A stretch of 64,000 bases of DNA from Octopus sinensis (lineage: Eukaryota). This document shows positions 13,335-24,760 of this stretch, piece after piece (positions within the stretch are counted from its first letter, which is position 1; each line of letters begins with the position of its first letter). The translations under genes and the position numbers were made by a program. The stretch spans positions 12,710,001 through 12,774,000 of the forward strand of contig NC_043022.1 in assembly GCF_006345805.1 (NCBI RefSeq), in the 5' to 3' direction. The notes beneath the pieces were generated by a model, which saw only the letters and a list, made by a program, of their open reading frames with translations, was not told the origin of the DNA and did no database searches.

Positions 13335-13700
13335 CAATATCTTGTGTGACCACCATTAGCATTCATTACCACCAGGCATCTTCTGTACATTGAATGCATC
13401 AAACAATTGATGAAGGCCATGGGGGATAGCAGCCCATACTTTGTTAAAACTTGCAATGAGTTGCACCGCAGTTGTCAGCCTTGGACTGATGTCATTTAGC
13501 CTTCTTTGGATTTCATCCCGCAATTGCTCAATGGGGTTCAAGTCCGGACTTAGGGCAAGCCATAACAGTGTCTGGATGTTGTGCTATTGGAAGAAGTCTG
13601 TTGTCAACCTGACAATATGGGCATGGGTGTTGTCATGGTGGAACATGTGATTCTGATGACAGACAAAGTATGACACAATGTGAGGCCTCAATACCTGGTC
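13335..13700 (-). pseudogene. Tc1-family (DD34E) transposase C-terminal relic
   Basis: FHHDNTHAH...FQ*HNIQTLLWLALSPDLNPIEQL (34-residue spacing) and terminal NANGGHTRY*. Confidence 0.88.
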
Positions 13701-13704
13701 GATG

Positions 13705-14790
13705 TTATTACGTGAAGAGATAATTTGTAAGAGATTTTTTGTGTTGGAAAAACCAGTCCTAACTGTATGTGAGTTGATAATAGAGTAATACCTAGAATTC
13801 TTTGGAAAATTCCTAATAATAGCTTCATGAAACTGCAATGGGAGATTAGATTTAATTTGCCTCCTGTATGAAATAATTAGCCAAACATTTTACTACTATT
13901 CATCTTATTTTTAGTGTAATTATTTTTGAAAGCCTTAAATTTACCTTTAGAATGATAATAGGGGATTAAATAGGGGTTATCTCCCTTCCTCCGTTTAGTA
14001 TCAGTGCATAAATTAAATTTGTTAGCATTAATTCCTTTACAACTAGACTAGCAGTATCGCCCGGCGTTGCTCAGGTTTGTAAGGGAAATAACTATATAAG
14101 CATTTTAGAGGGTTACTTCCTTTATATAACCTGAGCAAAAATCATTAAAAATGCGGAAAAATGATGGTAAATTTTTTTTAAATTGTAGACTCATCGTAGA
14201 CGCACGCTAATACCCAGAAGGGCTCGATATGAATGACGACTACAAGATACCCGCTTTTGGTTAAACTGCACTGCAAAATGTAGGAGTAGTTAGGAATCTA
14301 AATCGGAGGACACAGAGTCTCACACACACAACTTCAATTTTATATATAAAGATTTCATATCTACATTATTGAACTTAGAATAAGACTGAGTAGAATCAAT
14401 GTAGATAATTTTCTCTGTATAACCTGCTTTAAGTAAGGCAGAGTTATAAAATTCAACGTTATCATTGAAAATGTCAACATTAGGAGATAACTTAGATAAT
14501 CTAAATGAAATATTCTTAACTAAGTTCCTAGTAATTGCCATAGAATGATTACTAAATTTTCTAATGTACTTAAGATTGGTCACTGGTTTATGATATGGGA
14601 AGTAAGAGTTATTGTGTAAGTTAAGCATAATATCTAAAAAGTTGGCCTTCGTCATATCATCATCAAAAACGATGCTTAAGCCCATTCTACAGAAAAATTT
14701 AATTAAACTATTCTTAACTTTTTGTACCTTTTGGTTGGAAACATTTTGAAAGTAAAGTAAACAATCATCACGATTATAGACCTCCTCTTT
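13705..14790 (-). mobile_element. Penelope-like element RT/thumb fragment, interrupted by a Helitron
   Basis: YNRDDCLL, NFLDIMLNL..YFPYHKP..SNHS, and downstream VWLIISY..RNFPKNSRYYSIINSHTVRTGFSNTKNLLQIISSRN. Confidence 0.8.
14048..14352 (-). mobile_element. Non-autonomous Helitron (305 bp)
   Basis: On the minus strand: 5' TC, 3' CTAG, GC-rich subterminal hairpin (ctgagcaacgccggg); inserted between A and T with no TSD. Confidence 0.82.
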
Positions 14791-15237
14791 CTATAAGCTA
14801 CGTCTGACGTTATATCATATAACGTTTTTTTCAAACAATATTAATAGCATTCAGTAAATCACTATACATATCCATCATTCTCTGTTAAAATGTCTCATTG
14901 ATGAGTTTCATTTCTTCACTTCCCTGAAGAGAAGTGGTTGGCATTAGGAGGGATGTCCAGCTGCAGAAACTTTGCCAGATCAAATTGGAGCCTAATGTAG
15001 CCTTCTGGCTTGCCAGCCTTCAGTCAAACCGTCCAACCCATACTAACATGGAAAGTGGAAGTTAAACAATGATGATGATATACGATGGGCTTCTTTCAGT
15101 TATCAAATCCACTAACAAGGCATTAGTCAACCCGAGGCTATAGTAGAAGACACTTGCCCATTATGCCACACAGTGGGACTGAACCTGGAACCATGTGGTT
15201 GGTAAGCAAGCTACTTACTACACAGCCACTCCTGCAC

Positions 15238-15278
<41 letters not shown>

Positions 15279-15369
15279 CACACACACATAATATATATAC
15301 ACATATATAATATATATATACACCTATATATAATATAGACATATATAATATATATACACATATATACCA

Positions 15370-15850
15370 TTTGTGAAGACCTGTTGAAGCAAGTGAAAAT
15401 CAAAATCAAAGAATCAAATCAAAATCAAAATCGATCCACATCAATGGAATTTGCAGTTTGTGGCACCAGTGCCGGTGGCACATAAGAGAACCATCCGAAC
15501 GTGGCCATAGCCAGCACCGCATCGACTGGCCTCCGTGCTGGTGGCACGTAACAAACACCATCCGATCGTGGCCATGCCAGCCTCGCCTGGCCTCCGTGCC
15601 GCTGGCACGTAAAAAACACGATCCGAGCGTGGCCGTTCGTCAGCCTCATCTGGCACCTGTGTCGGTGGCACATAAAAATCACCCACTACACTCACGGAGT
15701 GGTTGGCGTTAGGAAGGGCATCCAGCTGTAGAAACACTGCCAGATCTGACTGGCCTGGTGTAGCCTTCGGGCTTCCCAGACCCCAGTTGAACCATTCAAC
15801 CCATGCTAGCATGGAAAGCAGATGCTAAATGAAAATGATGAAATGATGAA
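15370..15850 (+). mobile_element. RTE-X-type LINE 3' end
   Basis: gtggcacgtaa subrepeats, aggaagggcatccagctgtag motif and degenerate ATG tail. Confidence 0.75.
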
Positions 15851-15859
15851 TACGTATAC

Positions 15860-16004
15860 ACATAATATATACATACATATATATACTCATATATAATATA
15901 TATATATAGACATATATATAATATAGACATACATATATATATATATATAAATAATATATATATACATACACATATAATATATAATATATATAATGTTATA
16001 AATA

Positions 16005-16052
<48 letters not shown>

Positions 16053-16290
16053 AATGATGAATATGTATACACATATATACATACATATATATACTCATAT
16101 ATATATATATATATAGACATATATATAAATATACATATATATATAGATATATATATAGATATATATATATACATATATAATATATATATACATACACATA
16201 TAATGATATATATAATATATATGTATATACATATACATATCATATGCTATAAATATATTATATATATATATATATATTACTTATATATGT
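15860..16290. repeat. (TA)n-rich compound microsatellite
   Basis: Directly visible. Confidence 0.95.
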
Positions 16291-16859
16291 GTGTGTGGTG
16301 GTGTGTGCATGTTGTGCACTTGTCCAAGGTGTGCCAAAATTTTATTATTATTATCATTTAGTCCTTGACACCACTAATTCGTTCAAGACCATACACTACC
16401 ATTTCCATTCACAATAAAACACCCTAACTCCAGGTTCCTTTCTTTCCCATCCTCCCCTCCACCTCCCAAATTCTTAACCTTCTCAATTCAATACTCCTTG
16501 TCCATTTTTCCACAGGTTTTGTATGCAAAACAGACAGGACCATCCCATTTCCTTTCAATACAATTTTTTCCCTCCCCCCACAACCTCACTTTATATATCT
16601 CTCCTTCTCTCTCTCTCCCACTCCCTCTTTCTTCCTCTCTACACACATTCATCCTCTTAAATTAGTAACCAAGCAAATATATTGAAATAGTTCCATCGAC
16701 TGGTTCATATTTTGAAGGTCCTTCTTACATTATGGATGCATTTCCCATTATATATTACACAAAAACCTGAAACATACATATTAAATAAATTTTAAGATAT
16801 TGCTATTTGGTTTGACTTCATTATTACTACTTACACACACACACACACACATATATATA

Positions 16860-17250
16860 GGTACAGGAGTGGGTATGTGTTAATTAGCTTCCTTACCAAC
16901 CACATGATTCTGGGTTCAATCCCACTGCATGGCACTTTGGGCAAGTGTCTTCTACTATAGCTTCGGGCTGACCAAAGCCTTGTGACTGGATTTGGTAGAC
17001 GGAAACTGAAAGAAGCCCATCGTATATGTGTGTGTGTGCATATGTGTTTGGACCTCCCCACCACCACCACCAACATCGCTCGACAACTGATGCTGGTGTG
17101 TTTACATCCCTGTAAACTTAGCAAGACTGATAGAATAAGTACTAGGCTTACAAAGAATAAGTCGTCCTGGGGTCGATTTGCTCGACTAAAAGGCAGTGCT
17201 CCAGCATGGCCACAGTCAAAATGACTGAAACAAGTAAAGGAATAAAGGTA
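16860..17250 (+). mobile_element. CORE-like SINE (family A)
   Basis: Family head, core and 3' gcatggccacagtcaaaatgactgaaac. Confidence 0.8.
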
Positions 17251-17284
17251 TGGAGTAATGGGTCTCTGATGCAGATTAATCAAA

Positions 17285-17830
17285 TCTTGCCAGATCTGAC
17301 TGGCCTGGTGCAGCCTTCGGGCTCCCCAGACCCCAGTTGAACCGTCCAACCCATGCTAGCATGGAAAGCGGACGTTAAATGATGATGATGATGATGATGA
17401 TGATGAAATCATCAATGATATGACACCATCTCATTTGTCTCCCTTTTCAGTCGTTAGATAAATGCTCTCACATGGCTAAGAGTTGCTTAGATTTTTATCT
17501 CTAGCAATGCTGCTTCTGACTAGCACTCTCTCTGTCACTTTAGCAATGACTATACTTGTGCCTTTCACTTGTAAATTGCCAAGAGCCACCTTAATAATTT
17601 ATATCATCATCATCATCGTTTAACGTCTGCTTTCCATGCTAGCATGGGTTGGACGATTTGACTGAGGTCTGTCGAACCAGATGGCTGCACCAGACTTCAA
17701 TCTGATCTGGCAGAGTTTCTACAGCTTTGTTTCTGGACAGTTCCCTGGCTGACCAGCTCCTGTCAAACTGTCCAACTCATGCCAGCATGGAAAACAGACA
17801 TTAAGCAATGAAGATGATGATGATGCTGAT
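17285..17830. mobile_element. Three RTE-X 3' ends in alternating orientation (+17285-17410, -17603-17725, +17745-17830)
   Basis: Each has the ccaacccatgctagcatggaaa-type motif and an (ATG)n or (CAT)n tail. Confidence 0.75.
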
Positions 17831-18004
17831 GTGTCATCTGAATCGACAACACTTTCATCAATTACAAAAAGGAGCCTATCTATTCTAAACATTGGGTAAA
17901 CTATGGATAAATTTCTATCCAACAGACTTTCACATTCTGTATTTATTAGTAAAATATTCCAGTTTGATCTTAGTAAAAAGATTTAGACCAATAACTTGTA
18001 GATA

Positions 18005-18328
18005 CAAGGTGAGCCAAAAGTCATGCACCAAAACATTTGATATTTTATATTACATTATTATTGTTGTTGTGGTTGTTTTAGTTGTTGCTCTTATTATTAT
18101 TGAGTGAGGGAGCCATGCATGCCATCAAAGTGACACTCAGGTAAAATATATGAAGTCCAGTATACCCCCCCATCATGACTACCCAATTGATAAGCAAACC
18201 TGTGGTATTGAGCAGAATATTGGCTGTAGCCCATCTTTTATACTAAGACGAAACAATGTACATGATAACACTTCCGATCAGTTAAGATGAGAAGCTATGG
18301 GAGCCAGTGCCTGGTACTGCATCAGGGC

Positions 18329-18386
<58 letters not shown>

Positions 18387-18755
18387 TTTCTATGTTTGAC
18401 TTTTGCTTTGCATTTGTACAAGTTGGCTCCAAGTCTCACCCAGAGACCTCAAGAGACAACAAGTTGGAAGTTCACGTTGTTGTTATGCCTAGTGTGCCAT
18501 ATATTTTTGGGGGGGGTTGTACTAGTGAATGTCTAATAAATAAATAAAAAAATAATTAAATTAAATTAAATTAAATTTTTAAAAAATAAAATAAAAATTG
18601 TTTGTTTTAAACCTTTCATTTTGTTCATCTTGTACAATTATATGTGTATTTATCATTACTGTATTTATTTTATTCAATTTTAGAAAAATTGAAGCATATC
18701 TGACAATTCTGGAGCATACTGAACTTATTTTGTGCATGGCTTTTGGCCCACCCTG
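18005..18755. mobile_element. Tc1/mariner-type non-autonomous element with internal retroelement fragments
   Basis: 24-bp TIRs (caaggtgagccaaaagtcatgcac versus the reverse complement of gtgcatggcttttggcccaccctg, 3 mismatches); TA on both sides. Confidence 0.7.
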
Positions 18756-18940
18756 TACAATGAAGGCTACACTATGAAAATGATGGATTGCAGTAATATT
18801 TAAACACATGGACACTTCTGTCATCAGCACTTTCTTACAATCCTGCCACCAATCTGCCTGAAACCATTCTAGATTCTCTGGTAGAAGCTTTCTGTTTTGA
18901 AATTAACAACTTCCATCAAAATTAACTTATGTTAGACACT

Positions 18941-19315
18941 AGGCGTAGGAGTGGCTGTGTGGTAAGTAGCTTGCTTACCAACCACATGGTTCTGAGTTCA
19001 GTCCCACTGTTTGGCACCTTGAGCAAGTGTCTTCTACTATAGCCTCGGGCCTTGTGAGTGGATTTGGTAGATGGAAACTGAAAGAAGCCCGTCGTATATA
19101 TGTATATATATGTATGTGTGTGTGTATGTTTGTGTGTCTGTGTTTGTCCCTCCCAACATCCCCGTAACTTAGCAGTTCGGCAAAAGAGACCGATAGAATA
19201 AGTACTAGGCTTACGAAGAATAAGTCCTGGGGTCGATTTGCTCGACTAAAGAAAGGCGGTGCTCTAGCATGGCCACAGTCAAATGACTGAAACAAGTAAA
19301 AGAGTAAAGAGAGTA
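18941..19315 (+). mobile_element. CORE-like SINE (family A)
   Basis: Near full-length copy with internal microsatellite. Confidence 0.85.
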
Positions 19316-19496
19316 CACCAGCTTAATAATGACACAGTTACTTTATCAAATTCTTCATTATTTGGCAAAATTCATTGAAACAATGGCAGTGTATTTCAAC
19401 TGAAATATGGTAAGAAAAGTGTTAAAGTAATCTAAATTAAAACCTTCTTCAACATTCCACATTAATTTATGTTCCTGACACTGGATTAATAAGCAT

Positions 19497-19881
19497 GATG
19501 GAAGCACTCCGTCGGTTACGATGATGAGGGTTCCGGTTGATCCGATCAACGGAACAGCCAGCTCGTGAAATTAATGTGTAAGTGGCTGAGCATTCCACAG
19601 ACACGTGTACCCTTAACGTAGTTCTCGGGGACATTCAGCGTGACACAGAGAGTGACAAGGCTGGCCCTTTGAAATACAAGGTACAACAGAAACAGGAAGT
19701 AAGAGTGAGAGAAAGTTGTGGAGAAAGAGTACAGCAGGGATCACCACCATCCCCTGCCGGAGCCTTGTGGAGCTTTTAGGTGTTTTCGCTCAATAAACAC
19801 TCACAACGCCAGGTCTGGGATCGAAACCGCGATCCTACGACCGCAAGTCCGCTGCCCTAACCACTGGGCCATTGCACCTCT
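19497..19881 (-). mobile_element. tRNA-derived SINE (family C)
   Basis: 12-bp TSD attaataagcat at 19485-19496 and 19882-19893. Confidence 0.88.
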
Positions 19882-20388
19882 ATTAATAAGCATAAAGTTG
19901 CTTGACTAAATTCTTCATTATTTTGAAAATAAATAGAAACAAAGGCAGAGAATTTCAAATATATTGGAATCCATGCAATTTCCTTAGTATAACAGTCAGC
20001 AAAAACCATTAAGCTCATAATTGTAAATGACTTTGTGTCTGTGCCTCTGTGTATTTGCATTCATGTGTGTGCTTGTGTAGGTTTGTATACACACACACAC
20101 ACACACACATGTATATATAATGTTTGTGTGTCCTCTTGTTTTGACATCATGTGATGGTTCTAAATGAGCCTCACCATCACACAAGCAAAGTTGTTCGTTT
20201 CCAGCCTTCCATGAAAAACACATCAGGTCATGAGAAATGTTATCTTGCCTGGAAATAGGTGAGGGTATCTCAACACAGAACATCTGCTTCATTGTAAATG
20301 ATACTCGTTTACAACACTCGTGTGATATCAAGATGAGGAGGTAAAAGCATACACACCGCCTCACACACACACTCAAAGACATACCTAC

Positions 20389-21115
20389 ATCATCATCATC
20401 ATCGTCGTTTAACGTCCGTTCTCCATGCTAGCATGGGTTGGACGGTTCGACCGGGGTTCTGGGAAGCCAGAAGGCTGCACCAGGCTCCAGTCTAATTTGG
20501 CAATGTTTCTACAGCTGGATGCCCTTCCTAACGCCAACCACTCCGTGAGTGTAGTGGGTGCTTTTTACGTGCCACCTGCACAGGTGCCAGGCGGGGCTGG
20601 CAACGGCCACGGTCAGATTGGTGTATTTTATGTGCCACCGGCACGGAAGCCAGTCGAGGCGGTGCTGGCATCGGCCACGAGTCGGATAGTGCTTTTTACG
20701 TACCACCAGACCAGGGATCCTGGCTGGTTCAATTCGATTTCGATTTCGCTTGCCCCAACATGTCTTCACAAGCAAAGGGGGTTGGCAAGGGTGCCTGTCG
20801 TACGGTCGCATTGGAGTATTTTATGTGCCACGGCCACGAGTCGGATAGTGCTTTTTACGTACCACCAGACCAGGGATCCTGGCTGGTTCAATTCGATTTC
20901 GATTTCGCTTGCCCCAACATGTCTTCACAAGCAAAGGGGGTTGGCAAGGGTGCCTGTCGTACGGTCGCATTGGAGTATTTTACGTGCCACGGCCACGAGT
21001 CGGATAGTGCTTTTTACATACCACCAGGCCAGGGATCCTGGCTGGTTCAATTTGGTTTCGATTTCGATTTCGATTTCGCTTGCCCCAACATGTCTTCGCA
21101 AGCATGGGGGGTTGG
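20389..21115 (-). mobile_element. RTE-X-type 3' end with internal 159-bp tandem triplication
   Basis: (CAT)n tail at left; repeat units start at 20673, 20832 and 20991. Confidence 0.8.
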
Positions 21116-21199
21116 CATATATATATATATGTGTGTGTGAGTGTATGACGAAACCTCTTTCAATTTCCATCTCCCAGATCTACTCACAAGACTTTGGTC

Positions 21200-21610
21200 A
21201 GTCGGCAGCTCTTTACTTGTTTCAGTCATTTGACTGCGGCCATGCTGGAGCACCACCTTTAATCGAGCAACTTGACCCCAGGACTTATTCTTTGTAAGCC
21301 TAGTACTTATTCTATTGGTCTCTTTTGCCGAACCGCTAAGTGACGGGGACATAAACACACCAGCATCGGTTGTCAAGCAATGCTAGAGGGACAAACACGG
21401 ACACACAAACATACACGCACACATATATACATATATATACATATATACGACAGGCTTCTTTCAGTTTCCATCAACCAAATCCACTCACAAGGCTTTGGTC
21501 GGTCCGAGGCTATAGTAGAAGACACTTGCCCAAGATGCCATGCAGTGGGACTGAACCTGGAACCATATGGTTCGTAAACAAGCTACTTACCACACAGCCA
21601 CTCCTGTGCC
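21200..21610 (-). mobile_element. CORE-like SINE (family A)
   Basis: Reverse near full-length copy. Confidence 0.85.
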
Positions 21611-21749
21611 TATAGTAGTAGATATTTACCCAAAGTGCCACACACTGCAACTGACCTAGAAACCCTGTGGTCAGGAAGTACATTTCCTCAGCCAGGGACA
21701 TAACTACAGAAACTCGGTTACAGATGAATGCCATGTGAGAGTTGTGCAA

Positions 21750-22030
21750 GTTCTATAGAGAGGAGCTTTCATCAAGGTGAGAGTTAGCATGAAACTGAAG
21801 TAGGAATTTAGCTGATAGATTGGGTACCCATCAAGGTTCCATACCTAACATTTATCTGTTTTTACAATTCTCCAAGTCACAACAGAAGAGTTTAATGCCA
21901 TCATGCATGGGACTTCTGTGTTCCAACCTTGTTCTCATAAATGAATTTGCGAAAGAATTAGAGAAGAAGTTTCAAACATGGAACCAAAAATTAGAAATAA
22001 GAGGTCTTGAATCTAGCAAGGGCAAAGGTT
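21750..22030 (+). mobile_element. Decayed RTE-X reverse transcriptase fragment
   Basis: GTHQGS and ELEKKFQTWNQKLEIRGL, matching the RT region around the LYADD motif, which is itself decayed here. Confidence 0.6.
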
Positions 22031-22129
22031 TGCATTGACAAGAAGGAAAGAAAACAGGGCTTCACTGCTCTCGGTGTTGGTAGGGGACATGTTCAAGATG
22101 CAGAAAAGGAGTTGGTAAGGATTCCATTG

Positions 22130-22490
22130 AGTGTCTCTCTCTCTCTATCTGCTCAGTCGAAGTCGACTCTCGGTCACTCGTTGGATCAGTGTCCTCCAGT
22201 CAGTTCTATCCTGGGCCGCTTCTTTCAGATTGGCTATGTCCATTCCGGTATCACTCTTGATGGTGTCAAGCCAGCGGGTTCTTGGTCGGCCGCTTCCTCT
22301 CTTGCCACTGACCATTCCGAGCATGATGTCCTTCTCCAGGGATTTTCTCCGCATAATATGACCGAAATATGCCAATCTATGCTTGGTGATCCTAGCTTCT
22401 AGCGACATTTTCGGCCTTATCTGCTTAAGAACCTCTCCATTGGTGAGCCTCGCTGTCCATGGAATCCACAAAAGTCTTCTCCAACAAGAA
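22130..22490 (-). mobile_element. RTE (BovB-like) LINE 3' fragment
   Basis: CWRRLLWIPWTARLTNGEVL...LAYFGHIMRR..LEKDIMLG..GKRGSGRPRTRWLD..DRTDWR, followed by a (GA)n tail. Confidence 0.9.
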
Positions 22491-22519
22491 ATGGCATGAA
22501 ATCACCTGTCAGGCCGACT

Positions 22520-22900
22520 GAGAGCTTCTTGTGTAGAAGATTTAATCCGTCCATTCATTTTCTCCGTCCACTTTTCCTGGGAGGGTCATTGAAGGTAGAG
22601 TCTCTAGATATCTCCTCCCTAGGGTCCTACCAGAAGCAACCGCCACTGTCATTATTCTCAGGCTGGATTCTCAAGGGTGACCAACTGAAACTATGGATAT
22701 TATCCAACCCTTATTGTTCTTAATCTACCCCTCGATCCCCTGCCAGTTGACTCAGCTTAAAGAACCCATCCGGTAATCCTTTTTTTACGAAATTCTAGCA
22801 ACATGTCTCCAGTACCAGAGCTGTGACCACTCAATGCAGAGAAGTAGAGGCTCAACCTGGAGAAAGTCCTTGATCTCCAAGCTGCTCAGTAACATTACTC
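22520..22900 (-). mobile_element. Second RTE-clade LINE C-terminal fragment (decayed)
   Basis: Minus strand DFLQVEPLLLCIEWSQLWYWRHVARIS, resembling EPLLLRIERSQLRWFGH. Confidence 0.6.
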
Positions 22901-23116
22901 AAGTAACATCACTGGGGTAACCACACTAGAGTTACTGAGCTAATCCACCTTTCATCCCTGGGACACAACTCATTTTTGCCAGCTGAGTGGATTGGAGTAA
23001 TCCACCTACCATCACTGTTGTAAGAACAAAGGTGTATATTACAGAGGCAGCCCAGCCATCATTAGGAGTAATAACGAAAAAAAAAGGTAAATCATTTAAG
23101 AAGTTAGGTCTATCTA

Positions 23117-23281
23117 GGCGCAGGAGTGGCTGTGTCTTAAGTAGCTTGTTTACCAACCACATGGTTCCAGGTTCAGTCCCACTGCGTGGCACCTTGGGCA
23201 AGTGTCTTCTACTATAGCCTCGGGCTGACCAAAGCCTTGTGAGTGGCTTTGGTAGACGGAACTGAAAAGAAGCCCATCGTA

Positions 23282-23336
<55 letters not shown>

Positions 23337-23586
23337 TATAAATATATATATGCATGTGTGTGTTTGTGTGTCTGTGTCTGTCCCCCTAGCATTGCTTGAC
23401 AACCGATGCTGGTGTATTTATGTCCCTGTTACTTAGTAGTTCGGCAAAAGAGACCGATAGAATAAGTACTGGGCTTACAAAGAATAAGTCCCGGGGTCGA
23501 GTTGCTCGATTAAAGGCGGTGCGCCAGCATGGCCACAGTCAAATGACTGAAACAAGTAAAAGAGTAAAGAGTAAAAGAGTAAAGAG
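23117..23586 (+). mobile_element. CORE-like SINE (family A)
   Basis: Full-length copy. Confidence 0.88.
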
Positions 23587-23589
23587 TAT

Positions 23590-24760
23590 CCAACCCTCCA
23601 TTGCTGTGATAGCCATGATAAAGTCAAGTCATAATGAGATAAACCTCTTACCACAAGGGGTAACAATACTTGAGGTAAGACAACAAGCAACAGGTGATAA
23701 CACACTTGTAATGTGGCAGTAACAATTTATTGGGGTAAGCTACCCGCTATCATTTTGGTGGCAAGACTAGGGTTAAGTTAATGAGTTTACCCACACTCAC
23801 AATTGTAGTAACAACATTAGATATAGGTTAGAGAAGTAACCCACCCTTCTTGGGTAAATATATGAGTAAATATACGACAATCAGGCGCAGGAGTGGCTGT
23901 GTCTTAAGTAGCTTGTTTACCAACCACATGGTTCCAGGTTCAGTCCCACTGTGTGGCACCTTGGGTAAGTGTCTTCTACTATAGCCTCGGGCCGACCAAA
24001 GCCTTGTGAGTGGATTCGGTAGACAGAAACTGAAAGAAGCCCGTCGTATATATGTAGATATAGGCGTGTGTGTGTTTGTCCCCCTAGCATTGCTTAACAA
24101 CCGATGCTGGTGTGTTTATGTCCCCGTTACTTAGCGGTTCGGCAAAAAAGAGACCGATAGAATAAGTACTGGGCTTACAAAAGAATAAGTCCCAGGGTCG
24201 AGTTGCTCGACTAAAGGCGGTGCTCCAGCATGGCCGCAGTCAAATGACTGAAACAAGTAAAAGAGTAAAGAGAACCAGAAGCTGAGGTACCTTACACATG
24301 CAGTAACAACACCAAAAGTAATCTTGTTCTGTTAGTTCACCTACTGTTACTATGGTAACAATTCTTGGGACATTCTGAGGTAACCTACCCACCAAGCACT
24401 ACAATAGTAACAGCAGTAGAGGTAAATTTATGAGATAACCCACCCGTTACTGAAATAGTGTAACAACATTAGAGGTAAGTTATTGAGGTAACCCAACCCA
24501 CCTGCCATGCCTACAGGAGTAAGAGCAACTGAGGTAAGTTAGTGAGGTTACCTTACCCACCACTAAAAGACTAATGATAAGTTACTGAGGTAAGCCACTT
24601 ACCACGACTGCAGTAGCAGCAACAGTAGAGCTTAGTACCTGAGGTCACCCACCTGCCTATCATCCCAGCTGTAATGGCAAGAGTGAAGGTATATAGCTGA
24701 GGTAACCCACCCTGCATTGCAGTGGTAGTAATATCAGTGAAGGTATAATCAAAGAGAGAA
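23590..24760 (+). repeat. Degenerate ~55-60 bp minisatellite rich in GAGGTAA, interrupted by a SINE
   Basis: Recurrent gtaacaac...gaggtaagtt..gaggtaacccacc units. Confidence 0.65.
23884..24272 (+). mobile_element. CORE-like SINE (family A)
   Basis: Full-length copy. Confidence 0.88.

Noticed and set aside
20425-21297. 290-aa ORF with internal repeats
   Set aside because: It runs antisense through an RTE-X 3' end, a 159-bp triplication, a microsatellite and a SINE; a composite artefact.
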